A stretch of DNA of 36,276 bases, taken from NCBI GenBank assembly GCA_900617105.1, contig UYFQ01000358.1:1-36276 (forward strand), in the 5' to 3' direction. Below are positions 11,436 to 20,869 of the stretch, in pieces. The notes beneath the pieces are model-generated. The model did no database searches, was not told where the DNA came from, and worked only from the letters and a program-made list of their open reading frames with translations. The DNA comes from Hydrurus foetidus. Its lineage: Eukaryota. The stretch's first letter is position 1, and every line of letters starts with the position of its first letter. Position numbers and translations under genes: made by a program.

Positions 11436-14224
11436 CTATCCACCCCTCCCGCCCAACCCGACCACACCCATTCCGAGCCAACTCATCGCCCCCTCATCCT
11501 CTTCTCCCACCCCCTCGCCCTTGCCTCCACACTCCACTCCACCCCAGCTCTCACTCCATCCTACTGGGACAATGCATGCTCCTTCCACACCGTTCGTGAC
11601 GCCTCCCTCCTCTATAACCTGCAACCACTTCCAGCGCCCTTCTCAATCGGAGGCGTCGGTGGCTCCTGCGCTGTGACCCACCGTGGATCCCTCCACTGCC
11701 TCCCTACCACCAATGGCATGAACTCCGCTTACCTCTCCCCAACCCTCCCAGTTAATCTCTTTAGCCTTGGCCACATGCAACGCTGCGGAGCTACATACAG
11801 TCCAGACCCCAACCGCCCCCTGACCCACGTCACCATACTCTCCTCTCCCTCCGGGCCCCTCCTCGCGCACTCCACTCTTTCCCCACACAACCTCCTCCCC
11901 GTTGACTTCCGCGCTCTTCACAGTGCCTCCACCCTGTCACCTCAGACGTACCACCCTGCCGCATTCACGGCCACCTTCCTCACACACCACGTCAACGCTG
12001 AACAACGCTCTCGCGCTGACGCTGCCGAGGAACTCCACAACGATCTCTGCCACCCCTCTGACCGCAGCCTCTGCCTCAACCTCTCTACCTGGAAACTCCC
12101 CTTCACTACCCTCACTTGCTCGGATGTTACCCTCAACCGTGAACTCCGCGGCCCTTGTCCGCACTGTACCGCTGGTAAGCACCGGAACCCACCTCACCCT
12201 CCATCCACCACCGCACCCGCCACCTCTGTCGGTGCCGTCCTCAGTTTTGACCCCCAGCTATTGCCTGAACCCTCCCCTGGCCTTCATACACACGAGATAA
12301 TCCTAGTAGACGAATTCACAGGCCACTTATCCGTTGTAGGTGCCTCCTCCAAATCCACACCCAGCATGTTCAAAGCGCTCCAACACGTTATAGCATCTAC
12401 ATTTAACGCCCACCGCCACCGCGTCCACACTCTTCATGGCGATTGCGAGAAAGTCAATACCTCTCTCGCCGGTCCCCTAGGCTCCCTGGGGATAACCCTC
12501 CAAACATCTCCCCCTGGAGAACACGCTGCCAGAGTGGAACGGTCTATCTTAACACTCCGGCAACTCTCCATTGCCACACTCTCTGCCCTTCCATACCACC
12601 TTCCACTGAAGTACACACTTCACCTCCACAAAGCAATCGCCGCGATCCGCAATACCCTCATAAATACACGCAGCTCCCCCTCCACACCTGACGAGCTGCT
12701 GCGTGGCTTCAAACCATCCCGTCGCCTCTTCCCATTCGGCACCTGCTGCATGGTCACGCAGCACTCAGACAAACGCCACGCGCTCGCCCGCGCTAACCAT
12801 ACCGCAGCCAACACTGAACCCAAAGCAGAGCTAGGAGTCTGCATGGGTCCCGACCTTCTCACAGGTCGCACCCTCTTCCTCCTCGCCAACGGCTCCATCG
12901 TACCTCGGCGCTCCACCACCCCTTTCCCGCCCTACTTTATTCCCTTCGATTGGACTCCAAAGCCCTTCGTACTCCGCACGCCCCCCCACTGCCACAGTCC
13001 CCAAACTCCATTCCTCACCCTTCCATTCCTTCCTCTGCCCACGGACCTTCCTCCCTTCCTTCCCATCCACCGCTTGTCACTTCCCTTCCACCTGCAGACC
13101 CGCCACCACCCTTCCTCCCATACTTCCCCCCCACCACCCTTACTTCCTTCGCCCCAGCCCCGCCCCACTTCACCCCCACCCCCGCACCCTGCTGACACCG
13201 CAACCCACATTGTGGCACCATTACCACTCCGCCGATCATCCCGAACTACGCATCCCCCCGGTCACTGGAAAGGATGCTATACCGCACCACTCACACCACT
13301 AGTCGACACCCCCACCGCCCCCATCAACGCCGCTCAACGAAAAGTACATAATGCCCGACTCGCTGCCATCCGCAACCACCACCACCGCCTCTCCAACCCA
13401 CCCGATACGCCACTCAATAACCGTCCTACGACCCTCACCCCGGACCCGCTGCCTCCCCACCGCGCCGAAATGTCCATCCGCAGAGCATCCCTTCTCCTCC
13501 CCGCTCCCGACATCACGGCTGGAATTGTCGAAGAGCTCAGCAAGCACTTTGATACCTATGAGTCCCTCAAGCTCATCCCTCGCGCTAGCGTTGAACCCAC
13601 TGCCATTTTTCTCCGCAGCCAAATGCTAATCAAGAAGAAATCCAACGGCCTCGTCACCGCCCGCCTCGCCATTGATGGTAGCCGCCAACCCCGAGAATCA
13701 TACAACGACACCTACGCAGGGACCTCAGACACAACCAACCGTGCATTCCTCCTCAGCGCCTACCTCGCCGACGCCAGTCACTGTCACTGCCTCGACCGCC
13801 TCCTCATTGGCGACTTCGACTTCCCCGGTGCCTTCCTACATAATAAGCTTACCCGCGCCATGACCAATGGCCACCAGCTGATAGCTACCCTCCCTCCAGA
13901 CCTCCCTAGCCCCCTCGCCGGCCAGCTAGCAGAGATCACCGGTTGTTGCTACGGCATCAAGCAAGCGAACCATGAATACGATAAAGACCTCGTCACACTC
14001 CTCACCGCTGGGGGCTTCCTCCCCACAGCCTCAGACCATCACCAAGACACATCGCCCTCAAATCCCACTATGTCCGATGGCTCTACAAGACAAAGCAAAT
14101 TATCCCACAACATATCGGCACCCACGATATGATCGCAGACGGCCTGACCAAGAGCCTGAGTCCTTCTAAGTTTTTATGGTTCCGTAGCCAGCTCTTGAAC
14201 TCATCTCACACACACACATATTAA
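11436..14224 (+). pseudogene. Copia pol (protease, integrase, partial RT, RNase H tail), internally deleted near 14040
   Basis: In frame with gag: YWDNACSFH (protease), HNDLCHP..CPHC plus ILVDEFT/LHGDCE/RVER (integrase), ARLAIDG, DFPGAFLH, YGIKQA (RT). It then jumps to RHIALKSHYVR..MIADGLTKSL (RNase H end) in another frame. Confidence 0.9.
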
Positions 14225-14265
14225 GCAATCCACTCCATCTCTATCATGTTTAGCTTACCGGCGCA

Positions 14266-14563
14266 TGTCAGTAGTATACATACACATATACATACACTAC
14301 TGTCGGTTACAACTGGCAATGACGACCCCGACTCCAACTACCACCACCGCTGACGACCATCTTCCTCAACCATTCATGTTGACCTAACTGCAACTACCAT
14401 GACGATCATTTCACTTCATACACAATTCACAATTCACAATTCACAATTCATTCACAATTCACATCGTCAAATTCATTCATCAACTCTACACATTCCACAC
14501 AATCTTTCAAGTAATACTTAAGCAATTCTGTTTCTCATTCCGAGTTTCGGTCCAGTTCCGACA
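14266..14563 (+). repeat. Complete 3' LTR (298 bp) with internal CACAATT repeats
   Basis: TG...CA termini followed by the TSD; CACAATT tandem at ~14421-14462. Confidence 0.9.
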
Positions 14564-15906
14564 GAGAGGACTTCATACGATAAAATTCGGTCAAAATTAT
14601 TGAAAAATAATTCAAAAATAAATGGTAGAAATGGTATTAAGCAAGAGTTGTTAAATAAGAAGATTCTAATGCGGAGATATTAATTGAGAGTCACAAAGAC
14701 GGAGAAAACGGATGAAAGATATCAAGTAAAAGTTGGTAAGCGGGAGTTATCAAGTGAAAGTTATTAACCGAGAGCGACCCCTCAAAAACATACTCTAGTC
14801 GAGGTCAGTGGCTCCAAAAATAGCTACCGCTGTACCGTGCTAGTCTGAACAACAAGACTGAGTAGAGAGACTGAGTAAAAGGCCATTTCGCGAAAAAGCG
14901 CTTCGAAGAAATCGCAGAAGTAACGTACGACACGTATTTCCCTGCAATTCTTCCGTGTTATCATTTGACTTTTGTTATGTAGAGGTGGAACCACCATGCG
15001 TTTATCGTTTATTTCCGAATACATTTTCGTTGGAGCGGTGTAGCACTGTACCGCACTGGCCGTACGTACGATTCCAGCGCGCCTCAATGAGAAGACACGT
15101 ATGTCCGTTCACCTTCCTTCCTTCCATCTATCTTACCTTCCTTTTTTCTTCCTTTCTTCTTTTCTTTTTTCCTTCCTTACCTTCTTTCTTTCCTTCCTTA
15201 CCTTCTTTCTTTCATTCTTTCCTTTCTTCCTTACATGTCCTCCTATTCGTCCCATCTCAAAGCCACGAAAAATTCAAAAACAGTCGAAAATCACATTGCG
15301 ATTAGATAAGCCTTGCTACTGCGAAAACAACTGCTGGCGCTTCACTGTAAATTAGTATGTACATGTCAGCAAGACATGCAGTTGCAGTCGGTAATGATGC
15401 GAAAAATGACCCATTACACGGATAGAGTGGGAAAAGCGGAATGAAAAATGCAGAGAAAAAAGCGAGTGTGTGTGAGTCAGTCCACTTTCAGTCTCTCAAG
15501 AGAAAGAACAATCACTGAGAAACGAAAGAGGGAGCAGTGACCAGTGGCACTCAACGCGCCAACTAAGGAAATAGGATAGAAGAGTTCCAGGATAGAAATG
15601 TGCTAGTCAGTGAGGCGCTGTCAACGCACTGCAGCAGAGACCACTCTCCTCTCCTCTCCCTCCTTCCCTCTCTTCCACTACACTCTCCTCTTCTCTGCTC
15701 TTCTCTTCTTCACTCTTTTCCACTACACTCCCTCCCCTCTCCTCTGCTCTTCTCTTCTTCACTCTTTTCCACTACACTCCCTCTTCTCTCCTCTGCTCTT
15801 CTTCACTCACTCTCCATTCAATACATTCCATTCCTTGTCCACATATTCCAGTACAGCACAGCACAGTGCAGTACAGTACGTGCTGTTCTGTTCACTTCAC
15901 TTCACT

Positions 15907-18585
15907 TCATTCAGAGATGGTGATCGAGATGACCTGCACGGGAACGAGAGGTCTGTCGTCCCTGTCGGTCTTAACATTGTTGATCGCCATCACCACGTCC
16001 ATGCCCGAAGACACCTAGCATAAGAACAAAACACAAAATACAAATTATTAGATGAGAGGGGGGGAGATGAGAATGAGATCATGGTGATGTGTGTCTTGTA
16101 AGGGGGGGGGAGGGAGGTAAGAAGGGTCGGAACTGACAATTCTCCAATACAGCACGATCGGATAGAAAAGGATGAAATGGAATGGAATGGAATGGGATCG
16201 ATGTGATCCGGTCTACAGCAGAGCGATGCAGAACGATTAGAGGAAGAGCATTAGAGAACGTTATTTTCATCAATATAACAACATCAATATAATCATTGAT
16301 GCAGTCAATGGTATATTGTCGGTTCTTTTGGGCCGAAATAAAGTTCTCAGATTTCTCAGTTGGGAAAATTCGGAAAGCGGAAATTTGACTGCTTTTAATG
16401 CTAGTCATCGGCTCATAAAAAACGGTATGATCATTTATATAACTCCTAATGTGACTCCAAAAACACTAACAGTATAGATGCTAATGTGATGTAATCGGCA
16501 GCTGACAAAGTCACTGTAAGTATGAAGTATACATCACTGAGGTAGTCACCCCACACAAAACCCGCTAGCTCACCTTTCCGAACACTGGGTGTTGCGAAGG
16601 GCTGCTCTTGTCGAACCAGTCGAGGGAAGTGTTGTGCACCGTGTTTATGAAGAACTGAGAGCCACCACTATTGGGCTCGCCAGTGTTGGCCATGGATAGC
16701 GTTCTACAGGTGTGGGTTAGTAAGTGGAGTAGTGAGATTAGCTCTAGTGATGTGATGTAAGGTGATGTGAGGTAGGGTGATGTGATATGGAATGGAATGA
16801 GATGATGTTAGGTGAAGTGATGTGAAATGAGGTGAGGTGAAGTAAGGTGAGATGATATGTGGTGACGTAATGTGACTTGAGGTGAAATTAAATGTTGTGA
16901 TATGAGGTGAGTGTGATGCGCTTTCACCAAGCGTGGCGAGTTGATGAGGCACAGTGCAGTACAGTACAGTACAGTGCAGTACAGTACAGTACAGTACAGT
17001 ACAGTACAGTACAGTACAGTACAGTACAGTACAGTACAGTACAGTACAGTACACAGTACAGTACAGTACAGTACAGTACAGTACAGTACAGTACAGTACA
17101 GTACAGTACAGTACAGTACAGTACAGCACAGCACAGCACAGTATGGTTTAGTCCAGTACAGTGCAGTATAATGGGGGAGATGTACTGTACATCTGGGGCT
17201 GGAGTAATTGTCGCGTGTCGAAATAGAGAAATGAATGCATGCAATAGGAGAGAGCACGGAAAGAAAAAATGATGTCAAAGAAAAGATGACAGGCAGATAG
17301 TCGCACATTACTTCATAAAAGCAACTCTTCTGATGATGTATGCCGCACTGTAACGTACCCGGGCTCATTAGATATTTTAGGGCATCCGGGTTCTCTGAAC
17401 TCATCGGGGATCGAACCGTCTCCTAGTCGCTTCATCTCCCCCTTACCAGGCACCTACATGAAATATGAAATAGAAGAGAGATATCGTCAGATAGAAGGGT
17501 CAAAGCATCAAAGCGGTTGTGTGAATATACTTGAAGAGTATTTGACGAAAATAGAGTGATATGCGTTGTTCTCACTGGCCAATTTCGAGTTTTAAAATGT
17601 AGTGTGATATTCCTGCTCAGCTGTGACTTCGACAGTAAGGAGTGGTGTGGCATGTATGAAATCAGATGAGATGAAATGTTTCTACAGGTGGAATGAGGGG
17701 TAAAATCAGTGGCATGTCATGAGATGGTACAGCAAGACATATAATGTCATGTCTTGACTTCAAGGAATGGAATGGTGACAGACAGGTGCAGAACACTTTC
17801 CTGTCAAGCAGTGTGATGAACTGACAAGAAGCTTCTCCCTCTTAAAGGATTAGGCATTCACACAAATGCACAGACGCATGTAAAGAGAGGGCGAGACAAG
17901 CGCACGGTGCGTACGTATAAAGATGATCTTGGTTCTGGTCCACCGGTGCCAGCTTTCTTCGACTTTGGGTCGCGAGAAAAGGGGCAGCCAAACTGACGGA
18001 ACAATTGATTGGATTAAAGAAAAGCCACGTCAGATTTAATGTCAAATTTCTTCTGACGTAGAAAAGTTATTTTGGGCCTAGTATTCTTGCTAAGTCGATC
18101 GATGAGTTTACTTTACCTGATTCATGAAGTCTGGGATAACTCTACGGTTTATTGTATATTGGGAATGCGGGCAAGTCAGTCATTTCTGGCGGCACCAAAG
18201 AATGAAATCATTTGCAAGATTAGACGGTGGATAAATCACCTGTGGAAGTGGAGTCCGCTGTAAAATCCTTTTTGTGCCAAGTCGATGAAGTTATATGCCG
18301 AGATAGGCATGGTCTGAAATTTCAGTTGAAAAACACATCAGACAAACTGATGTCTGAAATTTCAGTTGAAAAACACATCAGACAAACTGATCAAAACTCG
18401 TTCATTGGAGATCTGGAGGTAGATATTGACACTGGCACAGTGCTGATCCGTTAATGCATGGTTAATGACAGATTTTTGGTTGTGACTGTTGCAAAAACGC
18501 ACTGAATCTATTGTGCTCTAACCTCCGTGAACAACTCCACGGTGAATTTGCCCAGGGTGGTTACTACTGTTGCAGTTCGAGGCAT
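15907..18585 (-). CDS. Cyclophilin-type peptidyl-prolyl cis-trans isomerase, 7 exons, ~190 aa
   Basis: Exons 18585-18523, 18313-18240, 18141-18117, 17992-17915, 17453-17359, 16703-16574, 16014-15907; all GT-AG, 573 nt total. Motifs [56 protein letters not shown]. Confidence 0.95.
16950..17143 (+). repeat. (CAGTA)n pentanucleotide microsatellite in cyclophilin intron 5
   Basis: Directly visible tandem array. Confidence 0.97.
18313..18391 (+). repeat. 40-bp tandem duplication spanning a cyclophilin splice acceptor
   Basis: TCTGAAATTTCAGTTGAAAAACACATCAGACAAACTGAT at 18313 and again at 18353. Confidence 0.95.
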
Positions 18586-18973
18586 ATCTCAGAGTCAATA
18601 ACGTCAGTTTGGCTGTGGAGACTTTCCAATCACTCTCTAATGTTTCACTGAAAGTTCGTCGAACAATCGATAATTGACATCGCGATTCGATGATTCGATA
18701 CGATTCACGAAGTCGGCGCACTTTTTGGCGACGAACAGTCTACGATTCCAATCCCAAATCCATCTCGATAACAGTGACAGTTGAGTTGTTCAAATATAAT
18801 GTTGATGTTTGAATTGCCAACTTGTGTGATATCAGTAAGGAACAATGGTATTTGTTGCTGGGACTGTTCTGGCTGTTGTGGCCGAAGCATAATCATTCCC
18901 GCGAAGCAGTCCGAATCCCAGTGTTGTCGTTAAATTTGTCGAACACGGTAGCTGCCTTATCGTCTGGTTGACA

Positions 18974-19612
18974 ATGTCTGACACGCCTTCACCGTCGTCA
19001 TCATCAGATATAGAGTACCTTGAGCGAGAATTACGGCGAGAGCTCGAGGAATTTGATCATCTTCTCGCGGACGAAACCGCGGTCCATTCACTAGAATTTC
19101 TAGGTCCATTTGAGTTAGCTGAGGCAGAGGGAGAAAAGGAGGCACTTCAGGACAGGTTGCACCTCTTGCAGGCACGCTCTGATGACATGGACCATGAACT
19201 GGGTATCTTGAGAACCAAATTACTTGCACTGACAATAGCCAATGAAACATTAAGCCAAGAGAATGAGAATTTACGAAAAATAGGATGTAATTTATCTGGC
19301 GTGGTAGGGGACGGCACCAACAGCAGTAGCAGCAGCTCGAGATACAACGACCTTGAATACAAATTTGCTGTAACGAGGTCAAATCTAGCACGCGCACAAC
19401 AGGTGGCAGAAGATCAGGTGTTAGCGAGGGAGGTGATTGAGAGGGAGCTGCATCATGAACAGAGACGGAGAGAGCACGCAGAAAAAGAAAGGGATGCATA
19501 CAGCTCCGCATATGAAGCTAGCTTAAAACATTTTGAGAGATGGTCGGAGAAGAAGCAGCAGCAGACGAAACTCTCTCCATTTCAAAAAACACTTTCGCAT
19601 GACAGCACATGA
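18974..19612 (+). CDS. Hypothetical coiled-coil protein, intronless, 212 aa
   Basis: ATG 18974 to TGA 19612; E/R/L/A-rich heptad-like composition; divergent from the cyclophilin gene. Confidence 0.8.
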   Translation: MSDTPSPSSSSDIEYLERELRRELEEFDHLLADETAVHSLEFLGPFELAEAEGEKEALQDRLHLLQARSDDMDHELGILRTKLLALTIANETLSQENENLRKIGCNLSGVVGDGTNSSSSSSRYNDLEYKFAVTRSNLARAQQVAEDQVLAREVIERELHHEQRRREHAEKERDAYSSAYEASLKHFERWSEKKQQQTKLSPFQKTLSHDST

Positions 19613-20869
19613 TCCGGATAAAATTGAGTTGAACGGAAATTAAATTAAATGGAGTCACCCCTGACCCATTTACGATATTCCGTATTCTGCTCTCCCTCAG
19701 CTGGGACTAGAATTGAAATGGCCATCTACTCTACGCACCTTATCTTATTTGTTTCAGTTCTTAGAGGAGGGGGTGCAGTGAGTTGCCAAGTGACGGGGTC
19801 AATTCAGAAAAGTTCAGTTTTCCAAGGTCATTCTCTCCTATAGTTAAAGAGTCTTTTCTCTCCCTTATCTTCACTTCGACTCCTTTCACCGGTGACAAAA
19901 ACTGATTGATGCGAAGTTACGTGTCGCATTACGTCACATCTATGATTTCACTCCACTCCACTCTAAATCACCGCAATGAGACGACAGTGTACCGGACAAA
20001 AACAAGCTCTCTCCACTGAACACACACACTTACACTAGGGGTCCTACTTTATTTGATTCCTGAAGCCCGTCCGTCCTTCCGTCTACCCCCCTCTTCTTTG
20101 CTTTCTCATTACCCACCATATGATCGACAGAAATAGATAGGGTGGTTCTCTGAAATGAAATAAATCGCGCTTCCCCACCGAATGACTGACCGACTAATTG
20201 TTCATACTGTCTACTTTATTTACATTAGAGTTTTTCGCTATTTTATAACTTTTGGTCAGATAAAAATATTAGTTATCTCATCGATTTCTTTTCTTTACTT
20301 TTCTTCCGAATAGAATCAAACGAAATCAAATTGAATCGAACAGGAGAGAATGGAGTTGAAGTATGACAGCTTCTATAAGGGAACATGGTGTAACGTTGTG
20401 TGTGCGAGTGAGTGTCATGTCATGTCTTGTCTTGTCTGTGCAACAATCGAAAGAGAGTAGTGGAAGATAGACAAACGGGCAGGCAGTCAGAAGGACAGAC
20501 AGATGGTTATGAAAGCATTTGTCACACTATGCTGTATATTATGTACAGAGAAAAGAACGAACAAACGAAAGAAGGAAAGAGGGAGATCATGCCTGCACTC
20601 CTCATGAGGGTTATGGTGTGTTGAGTTGAGTTGAGTTGTATTCAATTTAGAATTTCAAATAAATACATATCTAGTTAGATAACGCAAGTACAATATTTTG
20701 TCATGTGGCGGTGTATTTACTGCAGACCCGGTATACATCGGCTAATAGTGGATATTTCCAACGGTTACCTTTTACCCTGCCCCACAAAAAACAAAATCAA
20801 TATATCATGTGATTTGATTTGATTTTATTTGATTTGGTTATTTAGCTCAGTTCGTACAATTTGTATTTT

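Larger units (their letters stand above)
10178..14563 (+). mobile_element. Ty1/copia LTR retrotransposon, non-autonomous (two internal deletions), TSD GAGAG
   Basis: Identical 83-bp direct repeat at 10178-10260 and 14266-14348. TGTCAG...CCGACA termini. GAGAG at both 10173-10177 and 14564-14568. Domain order gag-PR-INT-RT-RH. Confidence 0.95.

Noticed and set aside
16704..17404. ORFs of LYCTV/QYSTV repeats
   Set aside because: Translations of the (CAGTA)n microsatellite inside a cyclophilin intron.
18974..19612. Coiled-coil gene as the bZIP (HAC1/XBP1-like) target of the neighbouring IRE1
   Set aside because: No bZIP basic region (N-x7-R/K) before a zipper, and no IRE1 cleavage stem-loops recognised.
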